A stretch of 64,000 nucleotides of DNA, from NCBI GenBank assembly GCA_964016885.1, contig OZ024752.1:36208001-36272000 (forward strand). Reading direction: 5' to 3'. This DNA is from Eledone cirrhosa (taxonomy: Eukaryota). How positions within the stretch are numbered: position 1 is the first letter of the stretch; each line of letters opens with the position of its first letter. The notes under the pieces were generated by a model. It did not search any database. It had not been told where the DNA came from and was given only the letters and a program-made list of their open reading frames with translations. The translations under genes and the position numbers were made by a program. Shown here one piece after another: positions 22,127 through 36,071 of the stretch.

Positions 22127-25100
22127 GTACGTATACATATTTCTATACACTTTTTTTATTTAAATGTTTTTTTCTTTTAATATTTGAAATCTCAATTTAA
22201 GGGACATTTCAAGGACGAAGGCTACGTTAGTCATAGATAGGCCTAAAGGTATGGACCTGTAACTCTTGATGGAATATTAGGGGCTTCGTAGTGATTTACG
22301 GCATTTCTTGGGTATTTTAAATCTGGCAGAGCGCATTTCCTCTCCACGTCTGAATACAACAGATTTCTTTCATAGAAGGAAAGAGAGAGTGAGAGAAAGA
22401 GACATAGAGAAAGAATCGACCTCAGTACTAAACTGGTACTTTTTTTTTTATCGACATCGAAAGGGTGAAAGGCAAAGTTGACTTCAGCAGGATTTGAGCA
22501 GAGAGCCGAAACGAATACTGTAAAGCATTCTATCCGATGTTCTAACGACTCTGCCATTTCGCTGCAAACTTAAAATTGGGGATGCGTCCTTGGTGCTGTG
22601 AAATGTGGTATCCGACTTAATCCATTGCACCGTATAACACCACCACCACTACCATCTTGGCCCTTAATTGTCATTAGCGGAGTTTACTCTGTTGTAAGCA
22701 TTCAAGTTAGATGTTCAGGTCTCCAATTTGATGATACCTTCCTTCCTCCTACCACCATTGGATGTCCCCAGACAAGGGTCATGATCATATATTGTCCTTC
22801 CTTTCTGCTTGAAATTTTAACTGAATAACTTATTTTCTTATGTCAACCATTTAATAATTGTCTATAGATATTATTTGTATTTGGAGTATGTAATTTTATA
22901 ACTATATGTATACATACCACATTTTCATACGCACATATATATAAATGCATTTGTAAACATTTAGCGGCGTTCTTTCGTTTTAAGTAGACGCAACATACCT
23001 CTGAATTTCGGTATTTTCCGTATGTATTCGGGGAAAAGTCAATCCTGATTATTACGCAAAACTATAGTTTATTATCTGACATCTTCCATATACAATAAAT
23101 AAAAGTGCAAATATGATACACAGCAGGAAAAGCGTTTTAACATTTCAGACGTTAGCTGTTTCTTTAGAAAATAAAATGAGAGATAGGAGAAGAAAACACA
23201 ATGTTGATGCCAAAATGAGGGAGAAAGGGCTAATGTTTTAACATATTTGTTGTTTTATCAAGGTTAACCAGTCTTTGTTATGAGTTTAGTATTAACAGTT
23301 TTTGTTTTTACTACAAACTTTGCTTAAATCGAAAGAATGTCCTCTTAGCTATATAATTATTTCAACTTAATACAGGAGCAGATTATATGAACTGTGATAT
23401 TGTATGGTATCAAGACATGAGCAGTGAATACAAAGGCTGAAAAAGTAATGGGGTGAGCATGCTCTGTTGAATGTGTAATGTCTATATGCATGGACTGGGT
23501 GCTTTTTATCGTGGCCCCAACTCAACCACTTTACAGGGTGGACTGGGTGCTCCTTCATCAGCATGAGCACCTTACATGTAGGACTAGAAGCTTTTGTTAT
23601 GGCACAAGTATGACCACCTTACAAGATTGACTGGGAGCTTTTAATCATTTCAGCAGCATTGTGGGAAAGAGTGTCCATCACGATTGTATTTAAATTTTAA
23701 GTTTGAATGTTCATTTCACATAAATATTAAGCTAACTTAAAAGAAAAAATATAATAAAATCATAATCTACTTCAACACTTTTTTTTTTTATTGTGAAATA
23801 AATTAGGGATTTTATATTCTTTTTTAAAGTGAGGTTTTAATTGTGAAAATATGAAATATTTTCTTTAGAGATATCAAGACTTCATGCTGATCCTTGGCGA
23901 TATTCCTTGAAGAATGAAGTTGTAGAAGGTTATAGAAAATCAGAATTATCAAAAGATCAGGAAAGTAAGGAAGGTAAAACATTATTAGACATTCATCAAT
24001 TGGAGCTCCGAGAATACAGGTAATTAATTTATTGTTCTACATAATCAATGATATTACAATATATTCTCTTCTTTATAAGAGGTAATTAATTATTGTTCTG
24101 CATAATCAATGATGCTACCATATATTACAGGTAATTAGCTATGGAGGTGCGTGGCCTGGTGGTAAGGGTGTTGAACTTACAATCATAATATTGTGAATTC
24201 GATTCCTGAACTGGGTTGTGTGTTCTGTTCTTAAGCATAACACTTCATTTCACATTGCTCCAGTATACTCAGCTGAAAATGAGTACCAGCAGCAATATCT
24301 GGGGGTTTAACCCAGCAATGGACTGGTGTCATGTCCAGAGGGGAGTCTTGTACTCTCAGTCACTGGGGTAGGCAGCGGCCTGATGAATTTCCAGGCACGA
24401 TACAGACTTTAGACTTTTTATATAACAAATGCTGTTGCCTTATATTCTTTTCTTTATAACTGGAAATTTCATGTTGATATTATTTGGCTGTATTTTAGGC
24501 ATGTGTATCCAGAGTTTCTACCAGATCCCAACTGGATGTATAGGGATAGAATTAAAGAAAAATTAGAACGTTCAGACATGTACAAACGACGCCATATCCT
24601 TCACGTTCCTGAATTTTATGTTGGTAAATATATAAATACATGATATTCATTATTTTGTGGTGGATTGGCAGTATCGGTAGAGCGTCAGATGCTATGCTTT
24701 GACGCATAGAGTTACGGCCCTTGCCATTCTGAGTTCGAATCCTGCCGAGGTTAACTTTGGCTTTCATCCTTACGCGGTCGATAAAATAAAGTACCAGTAA
24801 TGCACTCGGATGATTGCTGGCCTTGTGCCAAAAGTAGAAACAATTATTTTGTTGTGTGATATAAAGGTTTTATCAAGCAATTTATCTTGATAATCATCAT
24901 CATTATTGTTTAATGTATCGGTAGAAGGCCGGACGTCATGCTTTGACGTATGGAGTTATAGCCCTTGCCATTCTGAGTTCAAATCCCGCCGAGGTTAACT
25001 TTGCCTTTCATCCTTACGGGGTCGATAAAATAAAGTACCAGTAATGCACTGGGTATTTGCTGGCCTTGTGCCAAAGGTAGAAACAATTATTGTTTAATGT

Positions 25101-28100
25101 CTGTTTTCCACACTAACATGGGTGAGCTGGGTTATCCTGTTTGAAGCAAGTTGGTTCAGATGACCATTTCTTGCTCATACAGAACTGTTTCAGGCTACGT
25201 TCCTATGACTGGATGCCCTTCTTAACACCAATAATGTGATCGTGTAGGTGTCATGACAAAAAGCACCCAGCCTACACTGTAAAGTTGATGTGTAAAAGAC
25301 ATGACAAAAAGCACCCAGCACACACTGTCAATGTGGTTGGCGTTAGGAAGGGCATCCAGCCGTAGAGAATCAGCCAGAAACAGTACTATATGAGCAGGAC
25401 ACGGTCACCCGACCAAACTTGCCTCTAAATAGGACAACCCGTTTAACCCATGCTAGCGTGGAAGATAGACGTTAATCAATGATGACCGTCCAACCCATTC
25501 TATCATGAAAGATGAACATTAAACGATGATGATGATGATGTGTGTGTGTTTACATATATGCACAAAGGATTCTCCAACATCCACTCAAACACCTTGTCCC
25601 CATCACTCAACAGTCATACTACCACACATTTATGCAATAAAGATTTTGGTAGAAACGAAATTCTTATTATTTACCATTTTCAGACCATCTTCCCTTTCCT
25701 CAGATACAATTGTTTCACTCTATATTTATTTTTATGTTTGATTCACAGGAAGTATCATGGCAGTGACTGTTGCTGATCAATTCGCGCCGATGAAGAAAAA
25801 CAGATTTCTTGGAATTTGTATCTCAAGAAGTGGTCATGGTCTTTTAGCAAATTTTACTTTAAGGAATGTCATTGATGATCTAGGTAATAAATATATTTTC
25901 TACCATTTTCTACTACTGGGATTTTTTTTCAACACGCTGACCCATATGTGTATATATGTGTGTGTGTATATGTATATGCATACATTTATATCATCATCAT
26001 CATCATCATCATCATCATTGTTTAACGTCCATCTTCCACGCTAGCATGGGTTTGGATGGGAATTTTCCCACTTGAGGCAAGATTGGTTGTCTTGCTCGTG
26101 TAGGACTGTCTGGCAGGTTTTCTACGGCTGTATGCCCTTCCTAACACCAACCACGTTTACAGTGTGGACTGGGAGGTTTTTACCGTGTTACCTACATGGC
26201 CACATTACAGCGTGGACTGTGTGTTTTTTTGTCGTGACACCTACACGACTTCATTTATTTAATTTAGGACCGGATGTTGTGGTACCAACATAACTTTACA
26301 TCGAAAGGGGTGATGTGGATGGGATGGGGTTGTATTTTTGTTAAGAGGTGCCTACTGACTGTATATATGAGTATATAAATATAAACATGCAAACACAGAC
26401 ACAGACACACTTACAAAAACACACACTCGCAGACATATATTCACACATACACACACTCACACACAGCTTAGCAAATGGAACGCCAGCCTCTATTTTCCTA
26501 TAGATTTTTCACCATCCCCTTCCTTCCTTTTACATACACGTACATACACACATTGTATGACAGATGGTAGTCGCTCAAATTTATATATATATATATAACC
26601 CATGCTAGCGTGGAAGATGGACGTTAAACAAAGATGATGATTGATGTAAAGTCTTAGACAGTTGCTACACACAAATGCTCAGAAGGCTAAAAAACATCAA
26701 ACCTTGTGACTGTGTTACAAACAAAATTCTCTGTCAATTCATTGCCTTCGTATGTAATAGATTATCATAAGAAGCAATGTGTCATCATCATCGTTTAACA
26801 CCCACTTTCCCTGCTTGCAAGGGTTGGATGGGTCTACGTAGACCAAGTCATGGTCATATGTTTTATCAAGTGCAGAGGAAAAGTTGTCATGCCTTTTTAC
26901 ATAACTAAAGGATTCTCCCATCCCCTTTGTTTGACAAGCTTTCTATGACTGGATATCCTTCTTGGCACCAACCACTTTACAACATCTGCTGGGTGCTTTT
27001 ATTGTGTAGATCACCAACACTAGGGAGGTTGTCATTTCCTTGACATATCTAAAGGGTCCTTTCAACCCTTTGTTTGACAACCTTTCCACAGCTGGATATC
27101 CTTTCTAACACCAACCACTTTACAACATGTGCTGGGTGCTTTTATTGTGTAGATCACCAACACTAGGGAGGTGGTCATTTCCTTGACATATCTAAAGGGT
27201 CCTTTCAACCCTTTGTTTGACAACCTTTCCACAACTGGATATCCTTTCTAACACCAACCACTTTACAACATGTGCTGGGTGCTTTTATTGTGTAGATCAC
27301 CAACACTAGGGAGGTGGTCATTTCCTTGACATATCTAAAGGGTCCTTTCAACCCTTTGTTTGACAACCTTTCCACAACTGGATATCCTTTCTAACACCAA
27401 CCACTTTACAACATGTGCTGGGTGCTTTTATTGTGTAGATCACCAACACTAGGGAGGTTGTCATTTCCTTGACATATCTAAAGGGTCCTTTCAACCCTTT
27501 GTTTGACAAGCTTTCCACAGCTAGATATCCTTTCTAACACCAACCACTTTACAACATGTGCTGGGTGCTTTTATTGTGTAGATCACCAACACTAGGGAGG
27601 TTGTCATTTCCTTGACATATCTAAAGGGTCCTTTCAACCCTTTGTTTGACAAGCTTTCCACAGCTGGATATCCTTTCTAACACCAACCACTTTACAACAT
27701 GTGCTGGGTGCTTTTATTGTGTAGATCACCAACACTAGGGAGGTTGTCATTTCCTTGCAAGCTTTCTACGGCTGGATTCCCTTCCTAACACCAACCACTT
27801 TACAGCATGTACTGTGTGTCTTTATGTAACACTCATAAATTACATTTTTGTTAAAAGATAATATTAAAAGCAGAAACTCAATAAAAATTAATTGAAATGT
27901 ATATCCATTTGACTTGTGAATATTTTCTAGGAATTGAAATCCGATATGAAATATATCAGCCCCATATCCTTAGTATCGAAATTCTGAAGCTAGAAAAACG
28001 TTTGGACGATGAATTATATTACCTGAGAGATGCTCCTCTTGAATACAGTGCAGTTCCTTTTGATTTCCAACCAGTTCCTTTACCAAAAGGTCATAAAGTT

Positions 28101-29680
28101 CCAGTTAACACTACAAAGGTAATCTCTACTTCTTCTTGTCATGTCCACAAGTATGTCAGTTACAAAGCTTGGCTAGATGTGGTTCTGCCACAGCTGAACA
28201 CATTGCCAAGTCCAATGATGTGCAGGGGTGTTCTAGCATGGGGCATATCAGGTGGTGCTACATAGCCTGTGGTTTGATGCTGCAGTCACACAACGTCCCC
28301 ATCCTTTAAATATCCCCATTTTGCAAGAGTGACTTTTGCACGTCCAACACAAGATCTTAGTACTAAGTTGATAGTTTAATTGATATTATCATTAGATTTA
28401 TTGTTTGTTGTTGTTGTTGGTCTAGGTGAATCTATTAATAAAGGTGTTGTAAGGAGATGTAGTTGGTGCTCTGCAGAAAGATGGCCTTACAGTAGTTTCA
28501 TGTGTCTGTGGCATGGTCTTCCTCAGATTCCGATGTCTGCAGTAAAGTCTAGTGCCATGCTGTGGCGTGGGCTTCCTTTTAATTCTAAAATGTGCTGTGG
28601 GTGAGAATCTTGTCTGTAGGTTGGTCTTCATCTCATTCTGAAGACTGGTAATGTCATATCTTTCGTGTGTGGTGTGGGAGTAGCATGTCTGGTGTGAGTG
28701 GGGAGTATGTCTGAGGTGTGTGGTGTGGGAGTAGCATGTCTGGTGTGAGTGAGGAGTATGTCTGAGGTGTGTGGTGTGGGAGTAACATGTCTGGTGTGAG
28801 TGGGAAGTATGTCTGTGGTGTGGGAGTAGCATGTCTGGTGTGAGTGGGGAGTGTATCTGAGGTGTGGCGTGGGAGTAGCATGTCTGGTGTGAGTGAGGAG
28901 TATGTCTGAGGTGTGTGGTGTGGGAGTAACATGTCTGTGGTGTGGGAGTAGCATGTCTGGTGTGAGTGGGGAGTGTATCTGAGGTGTGGCATGGGAGTAG
29001 CATGTCTGGTGTGAGTGGGGAGTGTATCTGAGGTGTGGCGTGGGAGTAGCATGTCTGGTGTGAGTGGGGAGTATGTCTGAGGTGTGTGGTGTGGGAGTAA
29101 CATGTCTGTGGTGTGGGAGTAGCATGTCTGGTGTGAGTGGGGAGTGTGTCTGAGGTGTGGCGTGGGAGTAGCATGTCTGGTGTGAGTGTGGAGTATGTCT
29201 GAGGTGTAAACTTCCTCTCATTCTGAAGCCTGTGGTAGTGTCATGTCTGAAGTGTAGGCTTCCTTTCATTCTTTTTCATCAACTTTAAATGGATGAAAAG
29301 CAAAATTGAACTGAAGATATGCAGTGATTAATGAGGAAAGAATTGAATAAGAAACGAAATCAAGACACTTGAAGGTGTGTTGCATCATGGGAAAGAGCAA
29401 GATGTGAAATGAAGTCATGAAAATGCTGAAAATTATTTTTATTTTGTAGGTAAAATTGAACCCTCGGCCCTGGCTGTTGAGGTACGAACGGATGGACTTG
29501 AAAGGAGTCAAAGATTTAAATTTACCAGAGAAGTTTTATATTAAAGCAGAGAAAGTTGCTAAACCATGGGAAAAATATGATTTAATGAAAGCTTACCGTG
29601 AAAATATAAATGATACGGAAGTACAAGAGGTTTACAGTGAATTTTCTGAACATTCTTCAAAATTTAAAGACGTGAAATAG
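22084..29680 (+). CDS. MRPL19: Mitochondrial ribosomal protein L19 (bL19m), 6 exons, ~290 aa
   Basis: Exons 22084-22126 (tentative), 23869-24019, 24499-24623, 25749-25883, 27931-28118, 29450-29680 give 873 nt in phase. Motifs: YPEFLP, DMYKRR..LHVPEFYVGSIMAVT, FLGICI, FTLRNVI, KLEKRLDDELYYLRDA, KPWEKYDLMK. Confidence 0.93.
23869..24019 (+). CDS. MRPL19: MRPL19 exon 2
   Basis: TTTAG acceptor, GTAATT donor, open in frame with exon 3 (...LELREY R). Confidence 0.8.
24143..24400 (+). mobile_element. tRNA-derived SINE sharing the family A core but with a different 3' part
   Basis: TGGCCTGGTGG / GAATTCGATTCC boxes and core TTGCTCCAGTATACTCAGCTG; a reverse copy lies at 37700-38100. Confidence 0.75.
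24499..24623 (+). CDS. MRPL19: MRPL19 exon 3 (HVYPEFLPDP...VPEFYV)
   Basis: AG/GT flanks, conserved motifs. Confidence 0.93.
25749..25883 (+). CDS. MRPL19: MRPL19 exon 4 (GSIMAVT...FTLRNVIDDL)
   Basis: AG/GT flanks, L19 core. Confidence 0.95.
26922..27800. repeat. Tandem repeat, 143-bp unit, ~6 copies (MRPL19 intron)
   Basis: Period measured at 27058/27201/27344; unit contains the SINE-like CTAACACCAACCACTTTACA block. Confidence 0.95.
27931..28118 (+). CDS. MRPL19: MRPL19 exon 5 (GIEIRYE...VPVNTTK)
   Basis: AG/GT flanks. Confidence 0.95.
28666..29207. repeat. GT-rich minisatellite, ~50-53-bp units (MRPL19 intron)
   Basis: GTGTGGTGTGGGAGTAGCATGTCTGGTGTGAGTGGGGAGTATGTCTGAG. Confidence 0.95.
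29450..29680 (+). CDS. MRPL19: MRPL19 last exon (VKLNPRPW...KDVK*)
   Basis: Acceptor TGTAG, TAG stop at 29678-29680. Confidence 0.93.
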   Translation, partial: VKLNPRPWLLRYERMDLKGVKDLNLPEKFYIKAEKVAKPWEKYDLMKAYRENINDTEVQEVYSEFSEHSSKFKDVK

Positions 29681-29704
29681 CTTCCATTTGTTAAAATATT
29701 TGTA

Positions 29705-29710
29705 AATAAA
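29705..29710 (+). promoter_or_regulatory. Probable MRPL19 polyadenylation signal
   Basis: AATAAA 25 nt after the stop, with T-rich sequence downstream. Confidence 0.55.
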
Positions 29711-30729
29711 AACTTAATGATTTAGTTTTAAAAACATCTCCAGATTTTGTGAATTTGTTTTAAGTTAGCTAACAATATACTTAATCCTTTCATGACTATG
29801 ACTATATTTCAATTAATTAATGAAGAATTTTGAGGGATTTACTAAAATTATTAATTATTTCAATACTTATATAGTAACTTAATGTAAGGTTCTTATATAA
29901 AATGTTGCCGGATTTTAATTTAAATGGGTGGCTTTATTTCATAGAACCAGGGCTGGTTTTGGTAACAAAAGGGTTAATAGGGTCTAAAGTATACTCATTA
30001 GGGTTTTAAAAACAGAATATGTAAGCTGTTGCGTGCTTTTGTAAAGAATTTTGTTCAAACTTTTACTATGTTTTAGTTAAGTGCTCAGTTTTTTTCTTTT
30101 GTAATTATCCTCTTCAGAAAAAAAGTAATGAATGTTTAATAAGAAACATTTAAATCTTTGTTATATTCATTTCTTTCATCTTAATTTCTCCTTCTTCATA
30201 AGTCCCTCACACTAAGTGGCTTCATGCCTTGTTTGGGACTTTCATTTAAAAAAATAGTTCCACACTGTAAACATGGTTGGTGTTAGGAAGGGCATCCAGC
30301 TGTAAAAATCCCAGCCAAAATACAGTTCTGTTTGAACAAGGTACAGCACAGCCAACTAGCCAGACTCGTCTCATAACGTGGACAACGTGTCTAACCCATG
30401 CAAGCATGGAAAAATAGACATTAAACGGTGATGATGATGATGAAATCACATAATACATTTGTATTTCAAAGTTTATCCTGTCTGTTTATTTTCAATCTTT
30501 CTTTATAACCTACTTATAATTAAATTAGTTTAAAAGAAAACTTAAATATATATCTCTTAGACTCTTAGATAAAATATCCTTCAGATAAAGATCTCACTTG
30601 TTTAACCCTAGGTCAGAACTATGACCAAAAGCATTCCAGTAGTAACTATCCTGTCCAGTGTATTTTTCTTATTAAATGGTAAGATGGGATTTGTGATTTT
30701 TCTGTGTACATCTGGTTTAGTATACGTAC

Positions 30730-31080
30730 TGGCATGTTACATGTGTCTAACACACGTGGACATGCCCACAAAGTCAGAAAACAGCACAGTTCCCATGACT
30801 TTCGGAATCATTTTTTCACGCTCAGAGTTGCTGAAGCATGGAACAAACTACCTGCATCGGTTGTTAGCTGTCGAGACACTGCATCCTTTAAGGCCTCCAT
30901 GCTTCCCGAGATTCGCCAACACTAATGTTCCCCCTTCATACACACATGTATTCCATGACTCATACACTATTCACTTCCCTGACATTTGTGTATTAGTCTA
31001 TGTACTATACATACACCTTTGACGAGTTGTAGTGCACCTGAGCACTTTACACAATAATTTCATTATTATTATTATTATTA
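30730..31080 (+). mobile_element. CR1/L2-type LINE 3' end with (ATT)n tail
   Basis: TRGHAHKV...FFTLRVAEAWNKLPASVV...SFK. The same 3' UTR recurs at 12478-12620 (-), 37405-37500 and 38214-38430. Confidence 0.75.
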
Positions 31081-31547
31081 AAAGAACCTGTAGCAGAAAG
31101 AGCATCCAGCTGTAAAACATTGCCTTTAAAATATGAAGTCTGTTAAAGGACCCCATAAAACCAACCCTTGCTTTAGCTGGGGAAAATGGCCTCAGAACAC
31201 TAGTGTTGGTGATCTACACAATAACTGCACCCAGTACACACTGAAGCGGTTGGTGATAGGAAGGGTATCCAGCTGTAGGATACTTGCCAAACAAAGGGTT
31301 GAGAGGACCCTTCAGTTATGTCATGGACATGACAACCTCTTATGTACTCGATAAAACACGAGACCATACATAAGCGATATACAGATACCTGGCCTGTTTG
31401 GGAAATCAGTAGCCCTGCTTCAGTATTGATTCGGTCTGTGTAGACCCATCCAACCCTTGCTAGCAGGGAAAGCCAACATTAAAATGATGATCATGATGAA
31501 ATAAGATATAGCTAATTGATACTTTGTGGAAACCTAAAATTTAGTTA

Positions 31548-31900
31548 ATTCAAGGAACCAACTCATACACAGGCAAGCTTTGTCTAATCAAGGAACTAAC
31601 TAATACAAAGGTAAGCTTTGTCTAGTCAAGGAACTAACTAATACAAAGGTAAGCTTTGTCTAGTCAAGGAACCAACTCATACACAGGTAAGCTTTGTCTA
31701 ATCAAGGAACCAACTCATACACAGGCAAGCTTTGTCTAATCAAGGAACTAACTAATACAAAGGTAAGCTTTGTCTAATCAAGGAACCAACTCATACACAG
31801 GCAAGCTTTGTCTAATCAAGGAACCAACTCATACACAGGCAAGCTTTGTCTAACCAAGGAACCAACTAATATTCAGGTGAGATTTGTCTATTCAAAGACT
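31548..31900. repeat. Minisatellite, 38-bp unit, ~9 copies
   Basis: TCAAGGAACCAACTCATACACAGGCAAGCTTTGTCTAA. Confidence 0.95.
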
Positions 31901-32401
31901 CAAATAATATACAGGTGGGTTGAAATAATACATAATACACCAATAATATTTCAATCATTTTAATCTTTTGAACTTTATACATAACATTTTAGAATATATT
32001 TTCAGAGAGCAAATAAAAAAATGGTTTTAAAATCATAGAAGTTTTAATAATTAGGCTTTCGTTATAAAAGCATATCATTCAAGAGTTTCCTCGTTAAATT
32101 CACCAATAAAGCTCAGGAATTTATTGATTAGCTCATGAAGCATACAAAGTGTTTAGAAATAGCAAAACTATTTTAAATAGAAAATTATACAAAAATAATT
32201 TTGCATATTTACAAAATTAAACAAAAATATTGAAGTAATATTGGAAAAGAGGAATCTTTTAAGGAATTCTGTTTTGTCAGTTTGAAGCTAAATATAAATC
32301 TAAAAAAAAAATAAAAAAAAAAAATTAAATAAAAACATGAATAAATGTGTGAAGATTTTTTTTTTTTTATCTAGATGTATTTTTTGTCATTAAATGTGCA
32401 C

Positions 32402-32437
<36 letters not shown>

Positions 32438-35161
32438 TATCATTTCAGATGTAGAATCTTGGTAGCCATTTATGATGGATTCTATCACTGAATCCCTCTA
32501 TGCTGGATAGACAGGTCAATAGACAGATTGATAAAGAGGTAGGTAGATAGGGAGTGGTTGTAATCCATTCTATCACTGACTCCCTCTATGGTGGATAGAT
32601 AGGTAGACAGATTGATAAAGAGGTAGATAGGGAGTGGTTGTAATCCATTCCATCACTGACTCCTATGGTGGATAGGTAGATATATTGATAGAGAGGTAGA
32701 TAGGGAGTGGCTGTAATCCCTCTATGATGGAGAGAGAGAGGTCGGTAGATAGATAATAGAAAGAGAGATAGAGAGGGTTGTGGCTGTAATCCAAGAAACA
32801 AATTGACAAAAAGCAGTCGCACAATATTTCAGAATGACACCAATGTGACCAGTTACTTAGAACAATCAAAACTGACTTGGAATATTTTTTTGCTCTAAAA
32901 ATAATCCCGAACCAATTCAGTTCATGCAAGAGAGTGTAAAGTTGCTCATTAAGTAAATGATTAAACAATACACTGATTAATAATACATATAAACCAATCA
33001 GAGCAGATATTATTGCATCTTTATTTAATTATTTATTTATTAAAACTCAAATTAAGAGTCCAAAATAACTCGTTATTTGAAGTATTTTTCATGTCTTTAT
33101 TGAAATAATTGTGGGAGAGTTAAGTATACAGTATCTGGTGGTATAGTTGTTTTCTGTAAAATACCCCCAGAGACTTTGAGAAAAAGATAGTCAGGTAAAT
33201 CAGAGGCACCCCCAAAAAATCTGCCTTGTAAGTAGAGGCTGACATTTTAGCAGAAAAATTATAGACAAACCAACAGAAAGAATAAAGGAAACCGTTGCTA
33301 TAGAATTAGAGAGATTGTCAGATTGAGAAATGTCTAATGTCATTTAACCCTTCACAATACCAAACTGCCTAAAATTGACCCTGAAATATCATGTTGAAAT
33401 ATATTGGGTAAACATTACTTAGTTTTATTTGTCATCTTTTGCCCTTTATATATTTCTACAACATTGTACCGGCTTTCTGAAACTTATTAGTCATTTATTA
33501 CACATCTCATAACGCTTCATATTGACTATACTACTTTGTATACATAAAAAAAAAACAATTGTTTTAAAGTGTTTATATTTATCTAAAAACCTTCCATAAT
33601 AATTCTATATAAGAAGAATCTTTAAGTTATGTTCCCAACACTATCTCAATAATGAGAAAAATTATATATATTATTAAATGCCCTCCAAATATTTTTTATC
33701 ATTTGAAAATCTTAGGCAGTGTGTTTCATTAGAAATATGGTAATGAAAGGGTTAATGATAAGAAGTTAGCTTCATTAGAAGTTACCTGTCTGGTATGGGA
33801 CACAATTAGCAACAGACTATCATCAAGGTATTGTCAATAATGCCAAAAGAAAAATTAAAAAGTAAATAAGACAATATTCAAATTAAAAAAAAATGAACAA
33901 AGATCTGTCTCGAGCCAGAGTTTATCCCAATTTTCTGCGGCATTAAATGACCAACAGTATAACACTACTGGCTGGGGTGGTAGTCTGTTGTAGAAGTCTC
34001 ATTTTGTTTCAGCTGAATAAACTGGAGCAATATGAAATGAAGTGCCTTAACCTTTTAGCATTTAAACCGGCTGTATCCGGCCAGAATTCTATCATCTCTT
34101 TCTGTTCAAACTGGCCACTCATACTGATGTTAAGGTATTGTTCTCAAAAGAAATAACATCAAAATCTCATAGATTCGATATTATGTGAGGTAAAGCCTTT
34201 ACCACGAAAATACAACAGTAAATATAGAGTAATGTAAATGCTAAAGGGTTAAACATAATTTTTTAAAAATTAGTATGTCGGAATATTATATATCAAAATA
34301 CATGAAAGGGTGGGTGTTGGTGGGGTGAAGTGAAGAACAAAGAATATAAAGAAAGACATGGAAAGTGTTTGGACATATCCAATTTGACTTTTTGTAATTT
34401 AAGACGGATTGGAGTAGGCACTATAAATTCAGACAGACAATGATTGAGTCATATATTGAACATATATTGAAGCAAATTTGAAAGAGGAGAAGAGGGTGTG
34501 AGAGACATCATCAGAGAGACGCCCAGAATATAGAGTAAATATAATTATGAAAGGACTGAAGTGTCCAAAACAAAAAAATTAATTTTTAAACAACCAAACG
34601 TCTTAGAACATGACTGAAGTATTATAAAGAGATTGCTGAGCTGGTTAAAGTAATTTATGAAATATTAAATGACAGTGAAAAAAGAAAAGAAATGCCAGAA
34701 GACCCTCGTAATTTTGATTTTCTTAGCATTAATATCAAGGACGTCAGGTGACAAAGTTTATGTTTCTCAGAACCAATGCTTTGGGGTTGTAAAATGAAAA
34801 TTTCTTAGCAAATATCAAGATGAGATATAAGCTACAAACTCAATTTTGAAAGAAAAAAAAAATGTTGCAGTTTTATGAAATCATTACTCATCATTTTCTA
34901 CAACGGTATCACCATGTCACAGTCTTTTATCAGCAGCAAATATATGTTGGATATGAAAAACACTGAATACATATATGTACACACACTGAGACAAGATTAC
35001 ATACTGAGGCATATCTGAGGATCTTTCGATTCCAGAGTCAGGTTCGATCAATATTAGATCGTTCCTCGAGCTGATCGACAGTGAAACATATGTAATATGT
35101 TATCAAATATGTTATGATGCAACACTGACTCTTTGTTCCTTTATTCTTACACACATATATG

Positions 35162-35192
<31 letters not shown>

Positions 35193-35479
35193 GTGTGTGT
35201 GTTAACAAATCAGGCTTGCATATGCAACATACTGATCAGTGAATAATGATGTTATTAGATTTAAGCACTCAACATCATGTGTTTTCTTCCAAATATAATT
35301 TGTTAGTCTGTGATGGAGTATATGTACACTCAGGATAATTGCAAAGTTCAGTGTAGATGTTTAAAATTCTTTTATCTATAAATAAAGAATTTTTTTAACA
35401 TCTAAACTAAACTTCGCAATTATCCTTTGTCAACAGAAAAGCTGAAATTAGATATTCAAATGATAATTTTCCAAGCTAT

Positions 35480-36030
35480 TAAGCTCATTTTTTAAAGTGT
35501 ACATGTTCCTGTGGATAATTCTAACTTGGGATCAATATTTAAGATCAAAGCATTACATGACAATCAGATATTGAACTAACTGAAGAAATGTAAATATATT
35601 TTCTATTAAAAGAAATTAGTAGAGTAAAAATTTATTATCTGACGACCAATACTTCGTTTCAGAATGTTAAATATTTTATGAAAATAGATGAAAAGAAGTT
35701 GCTGACAAATATCCAGAGAATATACAGTGTGTGATGGGAACAAATTAAGTTAAGTGGGATTTAACAATTGAACTCAGTTATTTTCAAGCTGTCAAGAAAG
35801 GTGTACAGCTAGGATCTATTATGTATCAAGATTTCCATTCACAAAGTATTGAGGTTTTCATACACAACAATGGAACAATATTTCCATATACATTGAACAG
35901 ATATGGAGAATAATAGAATTTAAGGCTGGAAACTGAAGGGCATAGGTTCAACAATCTTCAATATAGAGATGATACTGTTCTGATAGCTGAGAATAAATTG
36001 GATCTGCAGAGGCAGATAGATAAGATAAAA
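35480..36030 (+). mobile_element. Highly decayed LINE reverse-transcriptase fragment
   Basis: VKKGVQLGSIM (GV.QG motif) and NLQYRDDTVLIAE (YADD motif) with stops. Confidence 0.55.
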
Positions 36031-36071
36031 TGTGATAGTCTCATTGCCATAATCAGATATTGAATGCCATG

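Noticed and set aside
28422-29269. 150-250-aa His/Thr/Pro-rich ORFs
   Set aside because: Open in all three minus frames because of a stop-free minisatellite inside an MRPL19 intron.
32470-32790. Degenerate GATA-rich ~85-bp repeats
   Set aside because: Ordinary decayed microsatellite-derived duplication.
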